A DNA stretch of 64,000 nt, taken from contig JBOEGF010000004.1 of NCBI GenBank assembly GCA_050633305.1, positions 64,001 through 128,000 on the forward strand, in the 5' to 3' direction. Below are positions 1 through 8,645 of the stretch, piece after piece. The position numbers and the translations under genes were made by a program. The notes below the pieces were generated by a model. It made no database searches. It was not told the origin of the DNA and worked only from the letters and a program-made list of their open reading frames with translations. Source of the DNA: Nannocystales bacterium (GTDB taxonomy: Bacteria > Myxococcota_A > Polyangia > Nannocystales > Nannocystaceae). Numbering within the stretch: the first letter of the stretch is position 1; every line of letters begins with the position of its first letter.

Positions 1-1
1 C

Positions 2-2146
2 GAGGGCAAGGGCGAGATGCGGGCCGAGCCGGCCGAAGGCGGGGAGGCGATGGTGTTCTCGGAGAACCGAACCTGTTGCGGGTTCTCGTTTCCCGAGCTG
101 TCCCCGCAGAGCTTCTCGTTCAACAGTCCCCTGGGGTTCTGCGAGGCCTGCAACGGGTTGGGCACGCGCATGGAGGTCGAGCCCGAGCTCGTGATCCCCA
201 ACGCAGAGCTCTCGATCCGCGAGGGGGCGATCGCGCCGTGGGCCACCGCGATGGACCGTGGGGAGGGCTGGACCTACCGGATCATCGAGGCGCTCTCCAA
301 GGCCTGCGACGTGGATCTCGAGGTCCCGTGGAAGAAGCTGGGCAAGCGCAAGCAGAGCTCGGTGTTGTTCGGACTCGGCGGCAAACGGTTGCAGGTCACG
401 TGGGGCAAGGAAGGCAGTGAGTCCCACGGATCCTGGGGCATGCGCTTCGAGGGCGTGATCCCCAACCTCATGCGTCGGTACCAGCAGACCAGCTCCGAGA
501 ACGCGCGCGACAACTATCGCAAGTACTTCGCGGAGCGGTCCTGCGAATCCTGCGGGGGCCGCCGGCTGCGCCCCGAGAGCCTGTTTGTGTTGGTCGACGG
601 CATCGGGCTGTCCGATGTCACCACGATGACCGTCCGCGGGGCGGCCACGCACTTCGGTGAGATGGAGCTTCCGGGCAACAAGAAGACCATCGCCGAGGGC
701 GTGCTTCGGGAGATCGACAACCGGCTGAACTTCCTGCTCAACGTGGGGCTCGACTACCTCACGCTCGACCGTTCGGGTCCGACCCTCAGCGGGGGCGAGG
801 CCCAGCGGATCCGGCTGGCGTCGCAACTTGGCAGCGAGCTTTCGGGGGTGATGTACGTGCTCGACGAGCCTTCGATCGGCTTGCACCAACGCGACAACCA
901 GCGGCTCGTGGCGACGCTGCAGCGCCTGCGCGACCTGGGCAACACGGTGTTGGTGGTGGAGCACGACGAGGAGACCATCGAAGCGTCGGACCACGTCATC
1001 GACTTTGGGCCCGGTGCTGGGCACCTCGGCGGCAAGGTTGTCTTTGCGGGGAGTCCGGCGGGGCTACGCAAGAGCAAGGACAGCCTCACCGGGCAGTACC
1101 TGTCCGGGCGCAAACGCATCGAGATCCCGGAGGTCCGCCGAGAACCGCGGGCGTTCATCGAGGTCAAAGGCGCCGCGGAGCACAACCTGCGCAAGGTCGA
1201 CGTCAAGTTCCCGATCGGCACGTTCACCGCGGTGACCGGCGTGAGCGGAGCGGGCAAGAGTTCGTTGGTGGGGGGCATCCTCCTTCCAGCGCTTTCTCGG
1301 GCCCTGCACGGCAGCACGGTCAAGGTCGGGCAACACAAGTCGATCAAGGGCTTGGAGGAGCTCGACAAGGTCATCTCCATCGACCAACGCCCCATCGGCC
1401 GAACGCCGCGCAGCAACCCGGGCACGTATACGAAGGTGTTCGATGAGATTCGGACCGTGTTCGCCCAACTCCCCGATGCACGGGCGCGTGGATACAAGAG
1501 CGGGCGCTTCTCCTTCAACGTCAAAGGTGGGCGCTGCGAGGCGTGCCAGGGCGATGGCGTGGTCAAGGTGGAGATGCACTTCCTCTCCGACGTCTACGTG
1601 CCGTGCGAGGTGTGCAACGGCCAGCGCTACAACGCCGCGACGCTCGCCATGCGCTACAAGAACCTCAACATCCACGAGGTTCTCGAGAAGAGTGTGGACG
1701 ACTGCGTCGAGTTGTTCGGCAACCACAAGAAGATCGGCCGCATCCTCAAGACGCTCCAGGACGTCGGTCTGGGCTACATGAAAGTCGGCCAGAGCGCGCC
1801 GACGATGAGTGGAGGTGAAGCCCAGCGCGTCAAGCTGAGTCGCGAGTTGGGCAAGCGGCACACCGGACGGACGCTGTACATCCTCGACGAGCCCACCACC
1901 GGGCTTCACTTCGAGGACATCCAGAAGCTGCTCAAGGTGCTTCAGCGTCTCGTCGACGCGGGCAACACCATCGTGGTGATCGAGCACAACCTCGACGTCA
2001 TCAAGTGCGCCGACTACGTGATCGACCTCGGGCCCGAGGGCGGGGCAGGGGGCGGAATCGTCGTCGCCGAAGGCACGCCGGAGAAGGTCGCAAAGACCAA
2101 GGGCTCCTACACGGCGCAATACTTGGCGCCGATGCTCGCCAAATAG
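2..2146 (+). CDS. uvrA: Excinuclease ABC subunit A (5'-truncated by window edge)
   Basis: FSFNSPLGFCEAC zinc finger, LSGGEAQRIRLASQLGS, VLDEPSIGLH, second Walker A GVSGAGKS, GRTPRSNP, LDEPTTGLH; frame is open to the window start. Confidence 0.97.
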   Translation, partial: EGKGEMRAEPAEGGEAMVFSENRTCCGFSFPELSPQSFSFNSPLGFCEACNGLGTRMEVEPELVIPNAELSIREGAIAPWATAMDRGEGWTYRIIEALSKACDVDLEVPWKKLGKRKQSSVLFGLGGKRLQVTWGKEGSESHGSWGMRFEGVIPNLMRRYQQTSSENARDNYRKYFAERSCESCGGRRLRPESLFVLVDGIGLSDVTTMTVRGAATHFGEMELPGNKKTIAEGVLREIDNRLNFLLNVGLDYLTLDRSGPTLSGGEAQRIRLASQLGSELSGVMYVLDEPSIGLHQRDNQRLVATLQRLRDLGNTVLVVEHDEETIEASDHVIDFGPGAGHLGGKVVFAGSPAGLRKSKDSLTGQYLSGRKRIEIPEVRREPRAFIEVKGAAEHNLRKVDVKFPIGTFTAVTGVSGAGKSSLVGGILLPALSRALHGSTVKVGQHKSIKGLEELDKVISIDQRPIGRTPRSNPGTYTKVFDEIRTVFAQLPDARARGYKSGRFSFNVKGGRCEACQGDGVVKVEMHFLSDVYVPCEVCNGQRYNAATLAMRYKNLNIHEVLEKSVDDCVELFGNHKKIGRILKTLQDVGLGYMKVGQSAPTMSGGEAQRVKLSRELGKRHTGRTLYILDEPTTGLHFEDIQKLLKVLQRLVDAGNTIVVIEHNLDVIKCADYVIDLGPEGGAGGGIVVAEGTPEKVAKTKGSYTAQYLAPMLAK

Positions 2147-2153
2147 GGGGCGG

Positions 2154-2744
2154 TCATCGAACGCAGCTTGCCGCGGTGTGGTCCGCCACGGCGAGCAGGT
2201 CGCGCTTACTGGCACCATCGCAGGCGAGCTGGGACAGCCCTCGCATCGTTGCCGTGATGGACTTCGCCAGGACCGCGGGGGAGGCAGCGAGCACGTCCCC
2301 AGCTCGAGCGCGGGCGTTGAGGCGCATGACCAGTGCCTTCTCCAGTTCCGCCTTGTGTTCGAGCGTGACCGCGCCTGCCTCGGCGTCGTCCGCCGAGCTG
2401 CTGCCGGCACCCTCAAACATGGCGCAACCCCGGGGCGTGCCCTTCCCAGCGTACAGGGTGACCGCGGCGCGTAGGAGTGTGCGGACCAGGGCTGCGGCAT
2501 CGAGCTCGGAGCGTTCGTCGAGCAGGATCGTGTTCGCAAAGTTCGCGTGCGTCGACATGTAGCGCTCGATGCATCGCCGGAACAACTCCAGCTTGCTCCC
2601 GAATGCGTTGTACAGGCTGGATGGACCCACGCCGACGGCTTTGCTCAGGTCACCGATCGACGTCCGATCGTAGCCGTGCGCCCAGAACACCAGGAGCGCT
2701 CGCTCGAGGACTTCGGGTTCGGGGATGGAACGTGGGCGCGGCAT
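2154..2744 (-). CDS. TetR/AcrR family regulator (NemR/ComR-like)
   Basis: N-terminal HTH ALLVFWAHGYDRTSIGDL...SSLYNAFGSKLELF; RGC motif in C-terminal domain; divergent from ydhR-like/gloA. Confidence 0.92.
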   Translation of the reverse strand: MPRPRSIPEPEVLERALLVFWAHGYDRTSIGDLSKAVGVGPSSLYNAFGSKLELFRRCIERYMSTHANFANTILLDERSELDAAALVRTLLRAAVTLYAGKGTPRGCAMFEGAGSSSADDAEAGAVTLEHKAELEKALVMRLNARARAGDVLAASPAVLAKSITATMRGLSQLACDGASKRDLLAVADHTAASCVR

Positions 2745-2745
2745 G

Positions 2746-2826
2746 TTTTGGATAGCTTACTTCAAAAAGTTTCTTGACGCCTGCTGGAGACCGGTCACCC
2801 TTCGTTTTGAAGTGAGCGATTCGAAA
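2746..2826. promoter_or_regulatory. Two inverted copies of a 22-bp imperfect palindrome, putative TetR operators
   Basis: 2746-2767 reverse complement TTTTGAAGTAAGCTATCCAAAA vs 2805-2826 TTTTGAAGTGAGCGATTCGAAA (18/22 identical), each abutting a start codon; TTGACG at 2774-2779. Confidence 0.75.
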
Positions 2827-3482
2827 TGAGCACAGCCCGAAAGAATCCCCCCCAAGCGTTCCTCTACACGCAGCTCCAGATCTCGGTGCCGTTCGCGGAG
2901 GTGCCGTGGCGCGAACTGAACGAGGGAATCCGCGAAGCGCCCGGATTCCTGAACAAGACGTGGCTGGCGGGAGTCGGTACCCGGTCGGTCGGAGGCTTCT
3001 ATGCGTTTGACAGTCTGGACCACGCGCGTGGGTTCGCCTTGGAGGCATTCCCGATCGAGGCCCGTCGGTTCGGTGTGGCGCAGACGAGTCGTCTTTTCGA
3101 CGCGGCGGCGACGCAAGAGGCCAGTGAGGCGATGCGCTCGGTGCACTTTGGCGCCGCTCCTCCCGAACGGGTCGAAGCCTACGTCTACACCGAGGTTCAG
3201 GTCGGGCTTCCAAGGTTCAACGACGGTCCATGGCGCACGCTGAATCCGGAGTTGTTGGCGCAGCCCGGGCTGCTGTCGAAGACATGGCTCTACGGCGCGA
3301 ACAACGGGACCGCGGGTGGCATCTACGCGTTTGAGAGCGTCGACGAGGCAAAGGCGTTTTGCGTGGACTACTTCCCGACCGAAGCCCGAAAGCTCGGCGC
3401 CGCCTATACCACGCGCATGTTTGACGCCACGCTGACCCGGGACGCGAGTCGTGCCATGCGCTCGCCGTTTTTCGCATCGTGA
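2826..3482 (+). CDS. Tandem-duplicated YdhR-like (putative monooxygenase, ferredoxin-like fold) protein
   Basis: Two homologous halves each with PG[FL]L.KTWL...GG.YAF.S...A..F and R.FDA..T..AS.AMRS. Confidence 0.75.
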   Translation: MSTARKNPPQAFLYTQLQISVPFAEVPWRELNEGIREAPGFLNKTWLAGVGTRSVGGFYAFDSLDHARGFALEAFPIEARRFGVAQTSRLFDAAATQEASEAMRSVHFGAAPPERVEAYVYTEVQVGLPRFNDGPWRTLNPELLAQPGLLSKTWLYGANNGTAGGIYAFESVDEAKAFCVDYFPTEARKLGAAYTTRMFDATLTRDASRAMRSPFFAS

Positions 3483-3880
3483 CCGCTGCGCTGATTCACA
3501 CGATGCTCCGTGTGGGTGACCTCGAGCGCTCCCTCGCGTTCTACGTGGACACCCTTGGGATGAAGGTCGTACGACGCGAGGAGTATCCGCAGGGACGCTT
3601 CACGTTAGCCTTTGTGGGCTATAGCGATGAAGCCGGGGTGACGCTGGAACTCACCTACAACTGGGGCGCCGAAACGCCCTACGTGCACGGCACTGGGTTC
3701 GGCCATGTCGCGATCGCGGTGGGCGACATCGCAGAGGTTTGCGAGCGCGTCAGGTCGGCTGGGTTCACGGTCTCGCGGGAGCCGGGACCGATGGCGTTCC
3801 GCTCGAGAGATGGACCGCCCGAGCACATCGCATTCTTGCGCGATCCCGATGGGTATGTGGTCGAACTCGTCCAGCGCTGA
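3479..3880 (+). CDS. gloA: Lactoylglutathione lyase (glyoxalase I)
   Basis: HTMLRVGDLERSLAFY, FTLAFVGY, LELTYNW, GFGHVAI, AFLRDPDGYVVELV; 4-nt overlap with upstream gene. Confidence 0.92.
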   Translation: MTAALIHTMLRVGDLERSLAFYVDTLGMKVVRREEYPQGRFTLAFVGYSDEAGVTLELTYNWGAETPYVHGTGFGHVAIAVGDIAEVCERVRSAGFTVSREPGPMAFRSRDGPPEHIAFLRDPDGYVVELVQR

Positions 3881-3955
3881 CAGGATGTGAGGGTGGCGCG
3901 GACGCACCGAACCCGGTTCGCCGGGGCGGAGCGGGGTCCGGCGTCCCCGACGGCG

Positions 3956-4846
3956 TCATCCACAGGTCGCGGAGGATGCGGCAGGAAGGTCTCCCGCGCC
4001 CACGGGGATGCCCGAGAATGCGCTCCCGGAGAGGTCCGTGTTCGTGGGAACCGTCACCGAGCCGGAGAGCGCCCCGCAGATCCGGTCTGAGGTGACCTGG
4101 CCGGCGACGGAGATGGACATCACGATGTCGCTGCCGTTGATTGGGTTCGCGGCGCCTGAAACCGCAGCGCCGTCGACCGAGAACTCGAACGTTCCGTCTT
4201 CGGCGACCGGGACGTCGGTACGCAGAAACTGTCCGGTCGGCGTTCGAGGCTCACTGTTCGAACCGACGTTGAGCGCGAGGTATTGAAGGTCGAGGCTCAG
4301 AAGGCCGTCCTCGTTTGCAACGGTGCCGACCAGTTGGATCGGCGTCTGAGGGCTGGCGGACAAGCTGAGCAACACCAGGAACTCTGTGGCGGGGAACTCG
4401 TCGTCCCCCATGTCCGAAGGTTCGTCGGTGTCGCTACCGCCGATCTGCGCGGCACACGAACCCGCGAGGCACAGGGGTCTCTCCGGATCGTACGCGCAAT
4501 CGGCTGCGGTCTCGCACTCACAGCAAAGGTCGGTTTCCCCACAGGCGGCGTCCGAGAGGATTGCGCGACAGTCCTGCCAGCAAGCTTCCTTCGGGAACTC
4601 GTCCCAGCACATTCCGTCCTCGCCGTATTGCGCGATCAGGCGTGTGACGGGACGGTCGGTGTCGGCAGCGCAGTCGACGATCCTGGCACACGGCCCTGAT
4701 TGAAGGTTGGTCGGGGTCCCGGTCGACTCGGTTTCTACAACGGGACCGTCCGCATCGGTCTCGCTGTCGGCGGCACCAGTGCCGGCGCAGGCAACGGAGA
4801 ACGCCCCGAGAGCAACCGCGAGCAGGACCGGGCGAAGCTGACGCAT
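3956..4846 (-). CDS. Cys-rich lipoprotein, unknown function
   Basis: Signal peptide with lipobox (FSVAC), Cys-rich middle region, beta-rich C-terminal domain. Confidence 0.7.
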   Translation of the reverse strand: MRQLRPVLLAVALGAFSVACAGTGAADSETDADGPVVETESTGTPTNLQSGPCARIVDCAADTDRPVTRLIAQYGEDGMCWDEFPKEACWQDCRAILSDAACGETDLCCECETAADCAYDPERPLCLAGSCAAQIGGSDTDEPSDMGDDEFPATEFLVLLSLSASPQTPIQLVGTVANEDGLLSLDLQYLALNVGSNSEPRTPTGQFLRTDVPVAEDGTFEFSVDGAAVSGAANPINGSDIVMSISVAGQVTSDRICGALSGSVTVPTNTDLSGSAFSGIPVGAGDLPAASSATCG

Positions 4847-4902
4847 TTCGAGAGTCTAGTGGAGTTCCGTGGGGCCCGCCACGGAGCGTGTGGATCCGTT
4901 CC

Positions 4903-6738
4903 CTACGCCGCGAAGCGGCTGTCCTGAGCGGCGACGTCGGCACACAGCGAAGCGTAGAGGTTCATCATGAAGGCCATCGCGAGCATGTTGGCTTGCGAGT
5001 CTTCTCCGCGCCGAAGCGCGTCCAGGGCTCGACCGAGCTCTCGTTCGCCCAGGACCGAGATCGCCGGGCTGCTCGAGGAGCGGAGGCCCTCCTCAAACCC
5101 GGACTCCAGGAGCTCGACCAGCACTCGAGAGCGCACCCGGTGCAAAGACTCGGCTTGGGCGCCACCGCTGAAGGGGAGTTTTCGTTCGACGGTCCGCCGC
5201 ACCTTCCGCAGGGCCTTGGCGCCGAACTCGTAGCCATCTCCGGCCAGCCGACCCACTTCGCCAAGACTGGCGAGGTCGAGGCGTTGCACGCCATTGATCG
5301 GCAACGATATCGCCTCGGGCAGGTGCGTGCGGATCAGCGAAAGGTGGGGCGTGCAGTTGCGCTTGCCCTCGGCGGAACCCCCGTAGGCCGCCCGAATGCC
5401 TCGAATGGAGGAGTACGGGGCGAAACGGCTCGTATTGCCGTGGCAGCGCTTGAGCTTGTTGTTCCACACGCCGTACCGCTCGAACAGGTAGAGGCGGTCG
5501 AGGGTGTCGAGGGCGTCGGCGGAGTCGGTGCCAAGCTCGCGGAGCATCGTGTCGAGTCGGTCCTCCAGCAGGCCGCCCAGCTTCGCGTTGGCCCACTCGA
5601 CGTTTGAGAGCCGAAACTTCGACCGGAACGCGTCCTTGGGTCGCACACCGTCGTTGCTGAGCGTCCGGAAGGGGCGGTACGGAAAGTAGTAGCCGCTGAA
5701 CACTTCCCCGCCATCGCCACTGACGGACACATCGGGGTCTGCCGTGAAGTCCGTGGCCCGGTTGGTCATGCAGGCGAGCGCCTCGCCGGTGCCGTTGGCG
5801 GCCATCGCGAAGTGGCTCAGCTCGCGAATCACCGCCTCGTGGGTGGGGCGAACGGGCTTCGGGTTGTCGAAGGCAACGCGCACTCGTTTTGCGATCTCGC
5901 GAGCGACGCGCACATCTTGCGAATCAGGACCGCCGTCCGAGAATACCCTCAGCTGGTGCTTGGGCCGTACGGCCAGGGCTGCGGCGAGCGATCCGCGAGA
6001 GTCGAGGCCGGCGCTGAGCTCGACGGTGATCATGCCCTTTGAGGGCAGTGTCGCATCGAGATAGGCGAGTTGGGCAGCGACGACATCGTCGGACGGGCTG
6101 GTGGCGCGTGACCCGACCGGCACGCCGAGGCCTCGGAGGCTTCGGACTTCGGACCCGGACGTGGTCAGTGTCACCGCCTCCATCGGTTGGACCCGGGTGA
6201 GGCCACGCGCGAGCGGGACGCCCTGCAGCGACCAGCCGACGGCGAAGGAGGACGCGGCGGATGCGGTATCCAGCTCGAACGGGAGCAGGCCCGTGGCCAG
6301 CACCGCGATGTCGTGGGGGGATACGATCGTGGTATCGCCCGACGACGCAAACCGGAGCGAGCGTTGACCGATCACATCTCCGAGTGCGGTGAGGGTTTCG
6401 GTGTCACGATCGAAGCTGAGCGCTCCGAATGCGAGGTCGGTCGCTCGTGCAGCCTCGCCGCCCCCGGTCGCGAACTCGTGGAGCAGAACCTCGGGGTCGT
6501 CTCCGAAGATGCAAACGGGACTGTCCGCCGCGTCGGAGTAGCGGACCAGAGAGGCCATGTCTTCGGAGGCATGTCGAACGGTGAGCACCCGCAACGGTCC
6601 ACACTCGTGCCGGGCCAAGTCGAATCGGAGCTCTCCGTAGACATGACGGAAGAGCCCCTCGAGAGTCCGTCCTGCACGGTCGAGAGCATGGGACGCCTTC
6701 GCGGCGTCATGGCTGAGCAAGGCGATGAAGGTCTCCAT
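4903..6738 (-). CDS. Asparagine synthetase-like ATP pyrophosphatase/amide ligase
   Basis: PP-loop variant ELSAGLDSR, SGDGGEVF motif, Ntn-like N-terminal region (DVIGQRSL) but no N-terminal Cys. Confidence 0.75.
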   Translation of the reverse strand: METFIALLSHDAAKASHALDRAGRTLEGLFRHVYGELRFDLARHECGPLRVLTVRHASEDMASLVRYSDAADSPVCIFGDDPEVLLHEFATGGGEAARATDLAFGALSFDRDTETLTALGDVIGQRSLRFASSGDTTIVSPHDIAVLATGLLPFELDTASAASSFAVGWSLQGVPLARGLTRVQPMEAVTLTTSGSEVRSLRGLGVPVGSRATSPSDDVVAAQLAYLDATLPSKGMITVELSAGLDSRGSLAAALAVRPKHQLRVFSDGGPDSQDVRVAREIAKRVRVAFDNPKPVRPTHEAVIRELSHFAMAANGTGEALACMTNRATDFTADPDVSVSGDGGEVFSGYYFPYRPFRTLSNDGVRPKDAFRSKFRLSNVEWANAKLGGLLEDRLDTMLRELGTDSADALDTLDRLYLFERYGVWNNKLKRCHGNTSRFAPYSSIRGIRAAYGGSAEGKRNCTPHLSLIRTHLPEAISLPINGVQRLDLASLGEVGRLAGDGYEFGAKALRKVRRTVERKLPFSGGAQAESLHRVRSRVLVELLESGFEEGLRSSSSPAISVLGERELGRALDALRRGEDSQANMLAMAFMMNLYASLCADVAAQDSRFAA

Positions 6739-6853
6739 GGCGTCCGGTCGAGGTGGCGCAGACTTTACAGCAGCGGGTCTCTGCGCGGGCCCCGCAACGG
6801 CCGAGAGACGGGCTCTGTGCGCGCTCGCAGGGGTCGCGTTGTAGAGTTCGTCG

Positions 6854-8629
6854 ATGACGCCTCACAACCGTTTCGGTGCTGCGCTCGCGGGCCTGGCTGC
6901 GCTGAGCGTGACCGGTTGTCGACAAGAGTCAGAGCCCTCCAATCCGGCACCGGCCGAGCGAGCGTTGGCCGACCGAGTTGAAGAGGAATCCTACGCCGTC
7001 GCTCCGGCCGCGACGCCGGAAGAGAAACATCCGGACCAACCCGAGAACCTCGACAGTGGGGGGTCGTTGAAGCTCCCGTTCCTTCGGGCGTCGCGGCAGG
7101 CCTGCGCGTCGCCGTGTGCGGTGATGTTCTCCATCGACGCGATCACCGATTCGTCCAACGACAACCCGTACGCGCTCAGCGGTTCGCACTGGGACTACGG
7201 AGACCCTGGCGCAGATGGACGAGAGGGCCCGTACACGCGCGGCGCAAGGGCGTCGCGCTCCAAGACAGGGCCAACGCGTCAGTCCGACACGAATACGCCG
7301 TTGGGGATGCACGTGTACCGTTGCGAGACTGGCGTCTGTACGTTCCATCCGGGGGTCTCGGTGCAGAACGAGGCGGGGGACTGGGCGACCGCATGGTCGA
7401 CTGTCACGGTCCGAGCTGCCGACACCGCCTTTCCACAGGTCCGGACGGTCTGCGTGTCCAGTTCCCAGTCTTGGGGCGGTGACGTGCCGTGCCCCGCCGA
7501 CGCGACGCGTGTCCGGGCCCTGCCCAAGCTCGGGAAGTGGCGCAGCGACACCCGCTATCTCTTGCGCCGAGGCGAGCGCTTCGAGTCGGAGCAGTCGTGC
7601 ATCGGGTACGGTCGCCACGACATCCAAATCTCATCGTTCGGGCCCGCGTCTGCCCCCAAGCCCGAGCTCTCGCGCCTTGCGATCGGCCGAGAGTCGTCGT
7701 GCCGCAATGCGGTGGCCAACAACCGTCAGATCGCGAACTACGGACCGGGGTTTTGGAACGAAAACATCACGCTCTCGGATCTCCGGGTCCAGGCGATCGA
7801 GCTGGGGATGACGTTCAAGGACGTGACCTTGCTTGACCTCGACATGGACTTCGAGCGGAACGCGGCCGGAGGCTCGGTCATGACGGTGGCGACCGATCGC
7901 TGCACCAAAGATGACGCGTTGTCCTGCGAACGCATTCCGCTGCCGCAAGGCCTGTACATCGCAGGATCGAAGCTGATCGGTTCTCGGACCGGGCCACCCA
8001 AGTACAACGTCGGGATGCTCCGGACGACGTGCGCAAGTTTCGTCGGCTTGCTCGACAGCGAGCTTCGCATCGCGATGGGCCACAACATGCGCCTCGAGTG
8101 CTCGTCGCGGGTGTTGGCCCTTCACAGCAGCATCAATGGCCACCACCTTGGGCAGCCGGGGCAGGGCAAGGTCGCTCCGCGCCACGCGCTCACCGTCCGG
8201 AGCGATGGGAGTCTCGACCGCGACATGCTCGCGCAGCAGCGGCGTCCCTCCTCCGACCCGTCCAACGTGTTTGAGAGCCGTTACACGGCGGTGAAGGACG
8301 TGTACTTCGGCGACCCAAGCAGCATGAACCACGCCGCCCGCGTGACGATCACGCCCTCGAAGGGGTCGGAGCCGGTGGTGACCCGCATGGCGGTCATCTC
8401 CGAGAGCGTTGTCGATCTGGCCGGCGGGTCCGGTGACGGTCCGGCCACCTTCGATGCGCACCTGTCCGGCCAGGGGCTGGTCTGCTACGACGACAACCGC
8501 TGGCAGGCCCCGAAGGGCTGCGGCGACAAGGGCCGCGGTGCGATCCCCGAGGGCCGATACAGTCCCGCGGGAGTCGACGTGAAGGCCCCCACGGTGCCCG
8601 ACCCCCCGGCTTCGTACACCGGCGGGTGA
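6854..8629 (+). CDS. Lipoprotein with PKD-like domain and putative right-handed beta-helix (pectin-lyase-like) region
   Basis: Lipobox SVTGC; PCAVMFS...HWDYGD PKD-type motif; YLLRRGERF...ISSFG...KP resembles beta-helix glycan enzymes. Confidence 0.55.
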   Translation: MTPHNRFGAALAGLAALSVTGCRQESEPSNPAPAERALADRVEEESYAVAPAATPEEKHPDQPENLDSGGSLKLPFLRASRQACASPCAVMFSIDAITDSSNDNPYALSGSHWDYGDPGADGREGPYTRGARASRSKTGPTRQSDTNTPLGMHVYRCETGVCTFHPGVSVQNEAGDWATAWSTVTVRAADTAFPQVRTVCVSSSQSWGGDVPCPADATRVRALPKLGKWRSDTRYLLRRGERFESEQSCIGYGRHDIQISSFGPASAPKPELSRLAIGRESSCRNAVANNRQIANYGPGFWNENITLSDLRVQAIELGMTFKDVTLLDLDMDFERNAAGGSVMTVATDRCTKDDALSCERIPLPQGLYIAGSKLIGSRTGPPKYNVGMLRTTCASFVGLLDSELRIAMGHNMRLECSSRVLALHSSINGHHLGQPGQGKVAPRHALTVRSDGSLDRDMLAQQRRPSSDPSNVFESRYTAVKDVYFGDPSSMNHAARVTITPSKGSEPVVTRMAVISESVVDLAGGSGDGPATFDAHLSGQGLVCYDDNRWQAPKGCGDKGRGAIPEGRYSPAGVDVKAPTVPDPPASYTGG

Positions 8630-8645
8630 GCGCCGGCCTGCCGCC

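Noticed and set aside
4903..6738. Lasso peptide cluster based on the AsnB-like gene
   Set aside because: No transglutaminase-like B protein, RRE/PqqD domain or plausible precursor ORF nearby
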